64,000 bases of DNA, from positions 1-64,000 of the forward strand of contig CAWFGE010000004.1 in NCBI GenBank assembly GCA_963815195.1, written 5' to 3'. The notes beneath the pieces are model-generated. The model saw nothing but the letters and a program-made list of their open reading frames with translations. It was not told where the DNA came from and ran no database searches. The translations under genes and the position numbers were made by a program. The stretch comes from an uncultured Planctomycetaceae bacterium. GTDB lineage: Bacteria > Planctomycetota > Planctomycetia > Planctomycetales > Planctomycetaceae. This document shows, piece after piece, positions 43,694 through 54,154 of this stretch (its first letter is position 1; each line of letters opens with the position of its first letter).

Positions 43694-44153
43694 GTTCACT
43701 AGGCAAAAAGGGGGAGGGTCCGGCATTCGCATCCCGGAAAATCCGCGTCCTGGGCCATTCGCCCGCTGGACGGGAATCTTATATGGATCGGCCGGAAACG
43801 CCCGCCGCGGCAAAAATTCTCCCCAAATCGGGGGCTTGCGAACACAACCCTGCGTCGGTGAGGGGAAAACGCTCAATTATAGATCGCTTTTCCGGTGATG
43901 CAACTCGTCAACACGCCAATGTCGCAAACCCGCATCATTCGGGCGAAATCGGGCCTCCACCGCGTTTGAGGACAGTTTTTTGCGCCGATTTTGTTTGGGC
44001 CCCAAACTGGTCCCGCCGAAAGGGGGTCGCGTGCTGCCGATGGTAATCATAAAGCGGATCATCCCGCCAGGAATCGTTTTTTTGCAGCCGATCTAATAAA
44101 TTCTTCGAGAAACTTCGCGTTGGCGTCGCGAAACGCCTGCTGGGATGCCGTTT

Positions 44154-44999
44154 CTAGGGAGAAATCGTCGTCGAGATTTTCCGCGAATTCCCAATGGTTG
44201 AGGAACCCCGCACTAAGATCTGCTCTCGGGGATTTTTGTTTCGTTTCGCGGAGGACTCCGCGACCCATTCGCTCCAGGCGGACTCCAACGCCTCCACTCC
44301 GGTCAGGCGGTAATGGCGTTCGATCGCCCCGTCCCAATCGCCCGCCGCTCCGTCGCGCACAAAGGCAAGAAACCGCGACCGTCCGCCGTGCGCAATCAGA
44401 TACTCGGTGACGGAATGGCTCTGCGCATAAAAGGCGAACATCCGGCTCTTTTCTTGGGGATACTTTTCGAGTTCGAGGAATTTGCGGAACGAGATCGCCT
44501 GCCCGGTCTTTAAAAGTTGCTCCGCGACCAGCCGCTGCCGGATTTGCTCGGATTGCGCCTCGGCGATCATCGCGGCCCCTTCATCCGCCCAGCGAGGCAA
44601 TGTTTTTCCCAAAGCCGTCACCAAAATCGCATGCGTGATCTCGTGGGGCAGCACGTAATCCATCAGACGGTCGGGGGAGCCTTGCATCTCGATCCCGATG
44701 CGGATCACGTTTCCGCCGAGAAGCTCGTAATTGGTCCAGCCGCTGCCGTCTTCGTCCCGGCACTCCACCTCGATCCGGCAACGGAAATTCCAATCGCCCA
44801 GCGGCCGGTCCAGCCAACTGCGGGCGAGCGTCGTCCGGGACTGCTCCGCGGCTTCGCCGATGTCCCGGGCCACCGTCACCGAATCCGCGACGACTTCAAA
44901 ATGTTGTGTTTGATACTCCGCGGCACACAACGGGTGCAGAATCCCCCATCCCAGGAAGATCCCGGCTGCAATTTTCATCCAATTCACGAGAAAGACCAT
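44154..44999 (-). CDS. Secreted gluzincin-like (peptidase MA) protein
   Basis: Signal-like N-terminus; VLPHEITH, LPRWADEG, FYAQS. Start uncertain. Confidence 0.78.
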   Translation of the reverse strand: MVFLVNWMKIAAGIFLGWGILHPLCAAEYQTQHFEVVADSVTVARDIGEAAEQSRTTLARSWLDRPLGDWNFRCRIEVECRDEDGSGWTNYELLGGNVIRIGIEMQGSPDRLMDYVLPHEITHAILVTALGKTLPRWADEGAAMIAEAQSEQIRQRLVAEQLLKTGQAISFRKFLELEKYPQEKSRMFAFYAQSHSVTEYLIAHGGRSRFLAFVRDGAAGDWDGAIERHYRLTGVEALESAWSEWVAESSAKRNKNPREQILVRGSSTIGNSRKISTTISP

Positions 45000-45257
45000 C
45001 CTTGTTCTGTGAAGCCTATTCGGTGGGAATCCGGTCGTGAATCCCCCACAGTGATGGGACAATTCCATACCACAAGCCTAGAAGAAACTCCTAGGCCGAT
45101 CAAGGCAACTTACAAGAATCGCCCTATGACATTTACTGAGCAAATTTCTAGATTAAGTCCGATAGATTGCCATTCTGCGGACGGTACGATGAACCGAAAT
45201 TGCTCAGAAGGTCTGAGCGCAAGGAGACGTACTTCCACAGGAACAAGGAGAAGTCGG

Positions 45258-45881
45258 ATGAGAATGACATGGAAAGCGACGTGCGGGATGGCAATGGCGA
45301 TGAGCCTTTTCGTCGTGGTCCAGGCCTATTCCCAAGTGGGTCAGGCGCGAAACCAACGCGAGCAAAATCCCCTGGAAAGGAGAGCGGCGGGCCAACACCA
45401 GTTGAACCTGGCCAGCAAGCTCCTGGACATGAGCGTGAAGGACAAAGCCAATCAAACGATTGGCCAGATTCAGGATTTGGTCATCGATGAATCGGGGCAG
45501 GTCCAGTATCTGGCGGTCAGCACTCAGTCGCAGGACGCGCGAACGGGTGTGCCGGGAGCCCGCCAGCCCCAGCCTCGGACCCCTCGGACGACCACGCAGC
45601 CAGGACAAGCGGGAGCGGATCAGAATGAAAAGCTGACGCTGATCCCGTTCGAGCTGGCGCAAATCCACGAAGGCCAAACGCCGACCCAGAACTACGCCAG
45701 CGTGAATCTCGACAAGGACAAAATCACGCAGGCCCCCTCGTTCACGCGGACCCAGTTGACCATGGGCGGCCAACAGGCCCAGTGGATGTCGCAGGTCGAC
45801 AAGTTCTTCAATCGCCAAAAAGGAAACGTGGCGCGCCCCAATCTGAATGACCGCGAAGAACGAAAGGAACAGCAGAAATAA
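45258..45881 (+). CDS. PRC-barrel domain protein, secreted
   Basis: AAGGAG RBS, signal peptide, ASKLLDMSV...IGQIQDLVID..GQVQYLAV, LIPF, APSF. Confidence 0.82.
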   Translation: MRMTWKATCGMAMAMSLFVVVQAYSQVGQARNQREQNPLERRAAGQHQLNLASKLLDMSVKDKANQTIGQIQDLVIDESGQVQYLAVSTQSQDARTGVPGARQPQPRTPRTTTQPGQAGADQNEKLTLIPFELAQIHEGQTPTQNYASVNLDKDKITQAPSFTRTQLTMGGQQAQWMSQVDKFFNRQKGNVARPNLNDREERKEQQK

Positions 45882-45934
45882 CTCCGGCCGCGGTCGAGAC
45901 GACTCCACCGCAATGTGTTCGTGCCCGTTGTGCC

Positions 45935-45968
45935 AAGCCCCGCGAGTCCCCGGATTCGCGGGGCTTTG
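45935..45968. terminator. Hairpin terminator between convergent genes
   Basis: AAGCCCCGCGA/TCGCGGGGCTT. Confidence 0.6.
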
Positions 45969-46014
45969 ATCTTCGCCCCGGTTTAAGGCGGCCGACGACC
46001 CAGCACGCCATTTT

Positions 46015-46773
46015 TTAGCCCGACCAGGATTGGCCGTTCCAGTGGATGACGCGTTCGAGCAGGTTCACCACGTCGGCGGCGAAGACGCTGAACAGCGTTT
46101 CCCCTTTTTCCGCGGTGGCGGGACGCGGGTCGCCGATGTGCCCGGTGGGACTGCGGTCCTTCGTGATCCAGCCCCGGCTCGCGGGTTGGAACGGATTGCC
46201 GAACTCCACCGGCTGCACCGACTCCAGATTCTGCACCAGTTCCGGGCGGATGCGGAGCATCATCGACGTTTCCCATTCGCAGGCGTGGCCCATGTGGGTT
46301 TGCTGGATCTCGGTGTTGACTTCGTGCGGCTGGCCGCCCAATGTCCAATAGGTCGAAGCCAACAGCAACAAGTCGTTCCGCTCGCGGTATTTCTGCCGAA
46401 GCTCGAACACGGCCTGCTGGCTGGGCACGATATTCCCGCCGTGCCCGTTGAGAAACACGATCCGCTTGAAATCGTGGAACAGAAAATTCTCCGCGAGGTC
46501 CCGCAGCAGATCGAGATACACCCGCGGCGAGGCGGTCATCGTGCCGGGGAAGTCCAGATGATGCTCCGAATTCCCCAGCCACATCAGCGGCGCAAACAGC
46601 ACGCGGTCCTCAAGTTTTTCCTGCGCCCTGCGGACCACTTCGCCCAACAGCAGGCTGTCCGTAAACACCGGCATGTGCCGGCCGTGCTGCTCAAGCGCGG
46701 CGATCGGAATCAGCACGGGCATATCCCTCGGCAACTTTTCCACTTGCGCCCAAGTCAAATCCGTCAACTGCAT
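46015..46773 (-). CDS. Creatininase/amidohydrolase family protein
   Basis: EQHGRHMP..TD, SEHH, FPGT, NGHGGN, HACEWETS, GHIGDP. Confidence 0.9.
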   Translation of the reverse strand: MQLTDLTWAQVEKLPRDMPVLIPIAALEQHGRHMPVFTDSLLLGEVVRRAQEKLEDRVLFAPLMWLGNSEHHLDFPGTMTASPRVYLDLLRDLAENFLFHDFKRIVFLNGHGGNIVPSQQAVFELRQKYRERNDLLLLASTYWTLGGQPHEVNTEIQQTHMGHACEWETSMMLRIRPELVQNLESVQPVEFGNPFQPASRGWITKDRSPTGHIGDPRPATAEKGETLFSVFAADVVNLLERVIHWNGQSWSG

Positions 46774-46895
46774 AACGAGAACTCCTCAAAGAAAACCCAC
46801 GAACAAACCACCCCCACGCACCAAGAAAGCCATTGTGCGGTTTGGCGGGCGTTCTCGCAATCAGAAACTCGAAAGCGCCGATTCGGGGTGGCGCA

Positions 46896-46989
46896 GGTGG
46901 CACGTCCCTGAGCGAAGCGAAGGGCATGGCGAAGGGCAAAACTCGCTCCAAAAGTCCACGCCCTTCGCGGCGCTCCGGGGCGTGCCACC
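46896..46989. repeat. Paired REP-like inverted repeat
   Basis: GGTGGCACGTCCCTGAGCGAAGCGAAGGGCATGG ... CCACGCCCTTCGCGGCGCTCCGGGGCGTGCCACC. Confidence 0.75.
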
Positions 46990-47003
46990 CGATTCGATGA
47001 GGT

Positions 47004-47894
47004 TCAGGCGGAGGCGGCTTTGGGCGGGGCGATGTCCAGTCCGCCCAGGATTTCCTCGCAGGCTTTCGACTTGTTGAGCACATAAAAATGAATGCCCGGC
47101 ACGCCTTGGGCGATCAGTTCCCGGCATTGCTCGATCGCGTGCTCGACGCCGATTTCGTATTGAGCCTGTTTGTCGTCCTGGACCGCTTCCAGGCGGGACG
47201 CGAGATCGTCCGGGAAGATCGCCCCGCACATCCCGGTGATGCGTTTGATGCGGGCAAACTCCGTGATCGGCATGATGCCCGGAATCAAAGGCACGCCGAT
47301 CCCCGCCTGTTCGTAACACTCGCGGAAGCGGAAAAAGTTCGCGTTCTCGTAAAACAGTTGCGTGAAGACCGCATCCGCCCCGGCTTCGACCTTGCGCTTC
47401 AAGTTGAGAAGATCGGTCTCGGCGTCGGCACATTCCTGGTGCTTCTCGGGATAGCCGGCCACGCCGATGCCCAGCTCGGGGTAATGCTCGCGAATCAAGC
47501 CGACCAGTTCGTTCGCATAGCGGAGTCCGCCTGCGACGGCCTGGAACGTTTTCTCGCCCTGCGGCGGGTCGCCGCGGAGAGCCATGATGTTGCGAATCCC
47601 GCTCGCGGTCGCCTTTTCGAGCCAGGCCAGCAGTTCCTCGCGGGTCGAACCCACGCAGGTGAAATGCGACGTGGCCGGGATGTGAAACGTCTTCTGAATC
47701 TTCACGCACCAGTCGATGGTCCGGCTTTGCGTGGAGCCGCCGGCGCCGTAGGTGCAGGAAAAAAACGCCGGCCGATACGCCGCAAGCCGTTCCAGCGTCT
47801 GTTCGAGCGCCTCGTCGCCTTCGGAGGTTTTTGGGGGAAAGATCTCGATCGAGAGGCCAAAGTCTCCTTGGTGGTAAAACTCGCCAATCCGCAT
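47004..47894 (-). CDS. metF: 5,10-methylenetetrahydrofolate reductase
   Basis: [55 protein letters not shown]. Confidence 0.95.
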   Translation of the reverse strand: MRIGEFYHQGDFGLSIEIFPPKTSEGDEALEQTLERLAAYRPAFFSCTYGAGGSTQSRTIDWCVKIQKTFHIPATSHFTCVGSTREELLAWLEKATASGIRNIMALRGDPPQGEKTFQAVAGGLRYANELVGLIREHYPELGIGVAGYPEKHQECADAETDLLNLKRKVEAGADAVFTQLFYENANFFRFRECYEQAGIGVPLIPGIMPITEFARIKRITGMCGAIFPDDLASRLEAVQDDKQAQYEIGVEHAIEQCRELIAQGVPGIHFYVLNKSKACEEILGGLDIAPPKAASA

Positions 47895-48012
47895 GGGCCA
47901 TTCCTTTCTGCCGTCGCGGCCGGTTGGGGTTTCCGATTTGGGAAATTGGGATTCGGGCACGTTCGGCAATCTACAAAATTCTGGGTGTCGCTAAAATATC
48001 AATCGAATTTCC

Positions 48013-48040
48013 ATTGTGTCAAACAAACACGCGTCGTCAA
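48013..48040 (-). promoter_or_regulatory. Putative sigma70-type promoter of metF
   Basis: TTGACG-N16-CACAAT on the minus strand. Confidence 0.45.
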
Positions 48041-48097
48041 GAACGCGCTCGCACCTGCGGGAAAAAGCCGACGGAAAAAGCCAAAATCGGAGCGTTT

Positions 48098-50398
48098 TCA
48101 CTCCATTTCTTGCGGCTCTTCGGCGGAGGCTTCGCTCTTGCGGCCGAACAGCGACAAGAGCGCCGGCAGAAACACCAGGTCGCCGAACAGGGCGGACGAA
48201 ATCGTGAGGCCGCCCATCGTGGCGAAGATTCGCTGGTCGCGCATGTCGCTGAACATGACCGTGGCGAAGCCGACGACGAGCACGAGGGTCGTCATAATCA
48301 GCGCGGTCCCCGTGCCGATGAACGCCCGCTGGATCGCGTCGGTGATGGTCGCGGTTTTTAATTCCTCGCGATACCGCGTGAGGAAGTGAATCGTATCGTC
48401 CACCGCGATCCCCAGGCACACCGTGAACGCGCACACGCTCGCCAGTTCCAAAGCTTGCCCGGTCGCCACAAGATACGCCCCCGTCACCGCCAACGGGAAC
48501 AGGTTTGGAATCACCGCGATCAAGCCCAACCGCAGCGAACGGTACGCGAGCATCAACGTCAGAAAAATAATGAACGACGCGCTGCCCAGACTCCAGGCCA
48601 GGTCCATCACGATTTGATACAGGTTCTCCCACCGCCGGACCGGCGAGCCCGTCAGCTCGAATTGGAATTGCGGATGCTGTTTTTGGAGTTCCTGGAGGCC
48701 GTGTTGAATCCGCGTAAACACGGGGCCGTATTGGGCGATGCCCAAATCCTGCACGCGGAAGTTGACCACGGCCCGCCTATCTTCCGGCTGATAAAACGCC
48801 CGCTTGAGTGGCGGCGGCATGAGTTCCAACAGCGGCATCCGATCCTCCGCCCGGCCTTCGCCCGGGAGCACATCCACAAAATTCCGCATCGACAGCGGAT
48901 GCCCGATCAGGTCTTCTTTCTTGAGAAGTTCGTTGACCCGGCTCACGGCGGTCAGGATTTCGGGCGAATCCTCGGGCACCTTCTCCGACCAGCGGATGTC
49001 GACCAGGCCCGTCTCCAAGCCGCCGAACGCGCGGTCCATGTGGTCGATCGCAACCGAGGCTTCCGAAGTGGACGGCAGGGCGTTCGATCGGCGTTCGTCG
49101 GGGCGCAACGTCAGCGAGATGCCCGCGAGAATCAGCGTGGACAACACGCCGACGAGGCTCACAAGTTTCGCCTGCCGGAGCACCCAGGCAATGACGTCTC
49201 CAATGCGGCTCAGATGCCGATGCACGATCGCCTTTTCCTGCCCGAGATGAATCTTCGATCCCAGCCACGTCGAGCAGGCGAGGGGAATGATCGTGATCAC
49301 GGCGAGAAATGTAAGCACGACGCCGATGACGCAGCTCCAGCCGAACTCGCGGACGATTTCGTGATGCGCAAGTCCCAGCGAACCGAAGCCGATGGCCGTC
49401 GTGAGGGAAGTCAATCCGCACGCCAGTCCGACTTTGCAGATCCCTGCGCGGGCGGCATCGCGCGGAGCCAGCCCATTGCCGCGCTGCCGGCGGATTTCGA
49501 CCATCAAATGCACGCCGTCGGTGAGGGCGACAAGACTCAACAGAACGGGCAGCACGACGTCGTTAAACGGGTTATCCTGCAGCTCGAAAAAATGCAGAAT
49601 CCCCAGCGACCAGAACACGCCCAGGCAAGGGGCGAGCGACACGATCATCACCGCCCGCAGCCCGCGGAACAGAACGATCGCCATCAAAAATACGCTGGCA
49701 TAGCCGATGACCTGGTAATTCCAGCGGTTCTTTCGCTGGGCCTCCATGAAGGTCAAATAGATCGGCACCCGCCCGGTGACCAGAAACGAAAACTTCGCAT
49801 CCGGATAATCCGCAGCCGCGGCTTCGGCGGCTTCTTTGAGATGCGTGGTGCAATCTTCATCGCTGGTGACGAACAGCCAATCCAGCTTGACCATCATGAG
49901 CAGCGTTCGCCCGTCGGGGGACAAGAGTTGCCCGCCGACCAACGGATGTTCGAGGGCTTTTTCGCGAGCCGCCGCGAACTGCCGGGCGGAGGCATCCGAG
50001 CGGGGGAACAGCGATTCCCGCAGGCCGAACACATTCAGCACCGGCACGCGGTCCATCCAGAATACGCTTTCGACGTAATCCAACCCTTCGAGCGACCGCA
50101 CCATCGCCCGCAGCGCCTCGGCTCCGGCCGGCGTGAAGATGTCGTCGGACTCCACCACCAAAATCACGTCCGCATCGTTCAGCCGGATCGGTTCGACGTT
50201 CGGCCCGCGGGGAGCCTTTTGCTCAGGACCCGGCGACCATTTCGCAGGCTCCGTCTCGTCGGATCGAAGAAACCGCGTCAACTTTTCGGGAGCAACATAT
50301 CCCAACCCCGCCAAACCGCTGAGCGCAATGATAAAAAGCCCCACCCACCACGGATGATCCACCGTCCAGCCAAACACACGATCAAAGAGGCGAGTCAC
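48098..50398 (-). CDS. MMPL/RND superfamily transporter
   Basis: Two-repeat TM layout; DGVHL, TSLTTAIGFGSL, LGIAVDDTIHF, TGTALIMTT. Confidence 0.9.
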   Translation of the reverse strand: MTRLFDRVFGWTVDHPWWVGLFIIALSGLAGLGYVAPEKLTRFLRSDETEPAKWSPGPEQKAPRGPNVEPIRLNDADVILVVESDDIFTPAGAEALRAMVRSLEGLDYVESVFWMDRVPVLNVFGLRESLFPRSDASARQFAAAREKALEHPLVGGQLLSPDGRTLLMMVKLDWLFVTSDEDCTTHLKEAAEAAAADYPDAKFSFLVTGRVPIYLTFMEAQRKNRWNYQVIGYASVFLMAIVLFRGLRAVMIVSLAPCLGVFWSLGILHFFELQDNPFNDVVLPVLLSLVALTDGVHLMVEIRRQRGNGLAPRDAARAGICKVGLACGLTSLTTAIGFGSLGLAHHEIVREFGWSCVIGVVLTFLAVITIIPLACSTWLGSKIHLGQEKAIVHRHLSRIGDVIAWVLRQAKLVSLVGVLSTLILAGISLTLRPDERRSNALPSTSEASVAIDHMDRAFGGLETGLVDIRWSEKVPEDSPEILTAVSRVNELLKKEDLIGHPLSMRNFVDVLPGEGRAEDRMPLLELMPPPLKRAFYQPEDRRAVVNFRVQDLGIAQYGPVFTRIQHGLQELQKQHPQFQFELTGSPVRRWENLYQIVMDLAWSLGSASFIIFLTLMLAYRSLRLGLIAVIPNLFPLAVTGAYLVATGQALELASVCAFTVCLGIAVDDTIHFLTRYREELKTATITDAIQRAFIGTGTALIMTTLVLVVGFATVMFSDMRDQRIFATMGGLTISSALFGDLVFLPALLSLFGRKSEASAEEPQEME

Positions 50399-50450
50399 AA
50401 AGCGGACAATTCAGAAGGAACCACGGATAACACGAATAAAACCGATTCGC

Positions 50451-50598
50451 CCTCGTTCCCAAGCTCTGCTTGGGAACGCACTCTCGCGAAGCTCCGCTTC
50501 GCAACGCATCGATATACCATTGGCCGGCCGACATTACACGCGCGGCCAAGGAGAGCTTGGCGACCAGTGCGTTCCCAAGCTGGAGCTTGGGAACGAGG
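50451..50598. repeat. MITE/REP-like element with long terminal inverted repeats
   Basis: CCTCGTTCCCAAGCTCTGCTTGGGAACGCAC ... GTGCGTTCCCAAGCTGGAGCTTGGGAACGAGG; each arm is itself palindromic. Confidence 0.85.
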
Positions 50599-50708
50599 GG
50601 GAGACTGCATCCGTCGATTGGTCGCAGCTCAACGAGGGCAACAAACACTCTTTTTTCCATTTCATTCATTGCAGGAACCCGCCTGAATATGCGTTGTATA
50701 CATTGGCC

Positions 50709-52736
50709 TCAAAAATCTCTCGCCTCCGCGTGGGATTGGATTTCATTGTGTTCGATGCGGTTGTCGTAATTCAGATCGAATTCGCGCATGCCGTAGCGCT
50801 GTTGGGCGAGGGGCAGTTCGGTTTTGACGATCACCCCGTCGCCGTTGGCGTCGAAGCGTTTGAAAAAGCGGTCCACGAAGGCTTGGATTTTTTGCCGGCG
50901 CTCCGGCGTGTCTTTTGGAACCTTCTGGCGGTTGTGGAAACGCTGGACCTGGGTGCCGCGGGGCACGGCAACTTCGAAGAAGCCGATCGCCATTTCCTCC
51001 CAGGTCTGATCGCCCCAGGTCACGTGCCGCTTTGGATCGGGGTTGAACGGATTGGCGGCGGAGTTGTCGAAGCGGGCGGTGAACCGCAGCTTGGTAATGC
51101 CCTGCAAAGGCAATGGCTCCGCGAGTTCGTAAATGTGCTGCCAGTTGAAATCGTAACGCGGCACATCGAGCAGGATCTCCGTTTGATCCCCTCGCTCGGC
51201 GAACACGCGAAACGACTTGCCGCGGTAGTGCATGTGCGGCGTGATCGCGAGGATTTCCCCCTGGGCAGGCAGCCGGGAGATGCCGGCCGAGACCAGGTAG
51301 TTTGGATGGCCGGGCGGGATTTCAAAATCGTGATTGAGCGCGGTCAGCGTGGAGACTTCGTGCGTGATGTCTTTGTCGTCGCCGAAGATCAGGCCGATCT
51401 TCGTGAGGTCAGTTTGCGGAGTGCCGGTGGGCGTGTAGTGCATCTGGAACACCAGCCGCGAACCCGCGGGAACTCGGCGGGCATAACCGGCCGGCAACAT
51501 CGCCGTCCGCTGCCCGGGAACATAACCCGTGAGCCAACCGACGCCCCGAAACTCGGCCCCGTCAGGCGGCCGAACAAAGACGATGCAATGATGCACCACG
51601 GCGGGGTTCCCCGGAATGACCTGGGCCCCGGTGATCCACTTGTCCTCTTTAAATCCCGGATCGACGACGAAGTATTGATATTCCACGACGCCGTCGGCCG
51701 GGACTTTAAACGGGGTATTATTCATGGCGATGACCTGATCGGGTTTTCGCGGCAGTTGCCAGCCCGCGGCGGTTTGGAACGGTTCGGGCAAGTCCGCCGG
51801 ATCGCCGAAAGGCATCCCACCAGACACCCACTTGCGGAGAGATTCTTTCTCGGCATCGGGCATGTGCCGGGCGTTGGCAAAGTGTCCGTACTTCGGATTG
51901 GCGTGCCAGGGCGGCATGCGGCCGTCGTCGATGACTTCCAGCATCGTCTCGCCCCAGCCTGTGACCTCATCATATTCGGTCAGCGAGAACGGCCCGATCT
52001 CGCCCGCGCGATGGCATTCCACGCAGTGCTCTTGGAGGATGCGGGAAATCTCCCCGCAGTAGGTGAGCTTCGTTGTCGTTTCCGTTTGGCGAATCTTGCC
52101 GATCAAACACCCCGCCGGTGCGGTGCGGGGCACGCTCGGCGCCTTTCCCGCGAGCAATTCCTCCAGGGCGATTTGTAGATCTTGCCGTTCGGGTTTGGTG
52201 CGGGCGATGCCCGGTTCGTATTGGTCGTCAATCCGACCGCGGTAACAGATTTCCTCCGCGGCATCGAGCACCACCACTTCCGGCGTGCGGGTCGCTTCGA
52301 AATAATCGGCCGCTTTGTTGTCGTAATCCTTGACGACCGGAAATGTCAGCCGATGCTCTTTGACATATTCCCGCACGTCGGCCATCGAATCCTGACGATT
52401 GCTGTCGATGCCCACGAACCGCACGCCGTCGGCTTGGAAGCGTTCCGCGAGTTTCTGCAACCGCGGCCCATACAACCGGGCCAAGGGGCACTCCGCCCCC
52501 AAGAAACACAGCACCGTGAACCGCGGCGGCGTTTTCATTGGAATGCGAACGACCTCGCCATCCGTCGCGGTCAGTTCAAACACCGACTTCGTGGAACGCT
52601 GGGAAGCCGACTCCGCCGTCGCCGGACCGTCGGCACCCAAAGGTGGTTCGGCGGCGATCGCCACCGCCATCCCCAAACCCGCGGCCATACCGCCGACGAC
52701 TACGAGGCATCGCGAAGAGAAGTTTGGCTGCATCAT
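50709..52736 (-). CDS. Redoxin + cytochrome c + copper type II monooxygenase-like + EF-hand multidomain protein
   Basis: ECPLA, TPE, YRGRIDD, GCLI; CVECH; VVHH, QMHY, PHMHYRG, YDFNWQ, EEM; DANGDG. Confidence 0.82.
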   Translation of the reverse strand: MMQPNFSSRCLVVVGGMAAGLGMAVAIAAEPPLGADGPATAESASQRSTKSVFELTATDGEVVRIPMKTPPRFTVLCFLGAECPLARLYGPRLQKLAERFQADGVRFVGIDSNRQDSMADVREYVKEHRLTFPVVKDYDNKAADYFEATRTPEVVVLDAAEEICYRGRIDDQYEPGIARTKPERQDLQIALEELLAGKAPSVPRTAPAGCLIGKIRQTETTTKLTYCGEISRILQEHCVECHRAGEIGPFSLTEYDEVTGWGETMLEVIDDGRMPPWHANPKYGHFANARHMPDAEKESLRKWVSGGMPFGDPADLPEPFQTAAGWQLPRKPDQVIAMNNTPFKVPADGVVEYQYFVVDPGFKEDKWITGAQVIPGNPAVVHHCIVFVRPPDGAEFRGVGWLTGYVPGQRTAMLPAGYARRVPAGSRLVFQMHYTPTGTPQTDLTKIGLIFGDDKDITHEVSTLTALNHDFEIPPGHPNYLVSAGISRLPAQGEILAITPHMHYRGKSFRVFAERGDQTEILLDVPRYDFNWQHIYELAEPLPLQGITKLRFTARFDNSAANPFNPDPKRHVTWGDQTWEEMAIGFFEVAVPRGTQVQRFHNRQKVPKDTPERRQKIQAFVDRFFKRFDANGDGVIVKTELPLAQQRYGMREFDLNYDNRIEHNEIQSHAEARDF

Positions 52737-52843
52737 TTGTTTCCAAAAAATGTTCCACGGATCGATCCGCGGAGTTCACTATATGTGAGGACCGGGAAAA
52801 CCGACAAGGGCCTCGTGTGATCGGGGGTGCTCGTCAAGGTGGA

Positions 52844-54138
52844 TCAGGGAATATTCAGAACAACCCGCGCGGAAAATAGCATCGACCGGTCGCCGCGGCG
52901 CCGGGCGTGCTCCAAAAGAACTGGCAGCGAGCGGCGAACCGGCTTCTGCCAGAGGACCCGGCCGTTGACGGTGATGCGGACCGGTGCGTCAAGGTTTAAC
53001 ATTTTATCGCTGAGGTAAATCGCCAACTGCTTGACACCCCGCGTGCGCGCGGCCACGGAGTTGGTTTGCGAATCGTATTCCGCCTGGACGATCGCATCGC
53101 TGAGATACTCCTTCCGCGCGCCGGCGACCTTGCCTTCGAAATCCAGCGTCTTGACGGTGGCTGGCGGCGTGCCGGCGAACTTCGCGATCTCCACCCACCA
53201 CAGGCGGTTGTAATCCGGCCGGTTCGTATGAAACACGACCTGTTTCGGATACGGATCGCGGCGGTGCGCGTCCATCCATTTCAGAATATTCGGGTTCTCA
53301 TCCAGATAGGCCAAATGTCCGCCCGGCTTCTCGCGATAGGTCACATCGTACTTCAACTCCTTGAAACGATCGTATCCGCGGCGCATCAGGTCGATGGAAA
53401 TGCCCGGGTCGGTCTGGCCCACAATCCAGTACAGCGGCGTGTTATTGAGGTTCTCGACGAATCGGGGCTGGAGGTTTGAGCCATCTTTTTTCGCCGGCTG
53501 GCCGGGCGGCGGTTGGAAGATCGGGCCATGCACGCGGCAGATCAACCCAGCGTAGCGGTCCGCGCGAAAACAGCCGATGCGAAACGCGGCATACCCGCCC
53601 ATCGACATGCCACCCATAAAGATGTTGTTATCATCGACGGCGAACTCCCGCGCAGATGCCAAACCAGCGTGTGTACGTGCGAATGTGCGGTTCGCGATCC
53701 GCCCCACGGTTCGCCCGCAATCGTCGGGGCGGCGAGGATCGTGTCGTCTCGCTTCTGTATCCATGGCAGCCAGGCTTGGATGTACTCTTTCCCGTTCCCA
53801 CCGGTCCCATGCAGGGCCACCAACAGCCGATAGCGTTTCTTGGCCGAATAGTTTTTGGGAATGTAGATCAGCGTTTCAAACTCCCGCTCCCCATAGGCGG
53901 TCGTGAGCCTGCGTTCGATGAGCGTGTCGGTTTCCGATTGCGGTTGGGCCAAGGTGCCGGTCCGCAGGGCGTTTTCCACTTCCGCGAAATGAGCCTGGGC
54001 GAGACTCCGCAAGATGGAGTTGCGCTGGCTTGCTTTGTCGGATGAGAGGTACTGATTCACCTCGTCTCTTACGTCGCCATCCGCCGCGGAGACGCTTGCG
54101 GAAATCAGCACCATCCAGGCGATCGCTATCGTGCGCAT
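52844..54138 (-). CDS. Secreted alpha/beta-hydrolase (esterase/peptidase-like); apparent frameshift near 53652
   Basis: Signal peptide and LLVALHGTGG; then GGMSMGG nucleophile, GQTD and GGH in the second frame. Confidence 0.8.
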
Positions 54139-54154
54139 GATATTCTCTCCGAGA

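Noticed and set aside
14460..43935. Recurring AACCCGC heptamer in several intergenic regions as a regulator site
   Set aside because: Too short and GC-rich to separate from chance without a genome-wide count.
39308..44150. Replication origin near yidC-mnmE
   Set aside because: No rpmH, rnpA or dnaA, and I saw no DnaA-box cluster in the adjacent intergenic DNA.
44059..44337. Frameshifted C-terminal extension of the gluzincin gene
   Set aside because: The main ORF ends plausibly at 44154 and the alternative frame has no recognisable motif.
47895..48097. SAM or SAH riboswitch upstream of metF
   Set aside because: No recognisable consensus by eye; only a plausible promoter. An Rfam scan would settle it.
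3352..50686. Long antisense ORFs (e.g. 3352-5376, 40756-42750, 48386-50686)
   Set aside because: They mirror well-supported genes on the other strand, as expected from GC-rich codon bias, and show no motifs.
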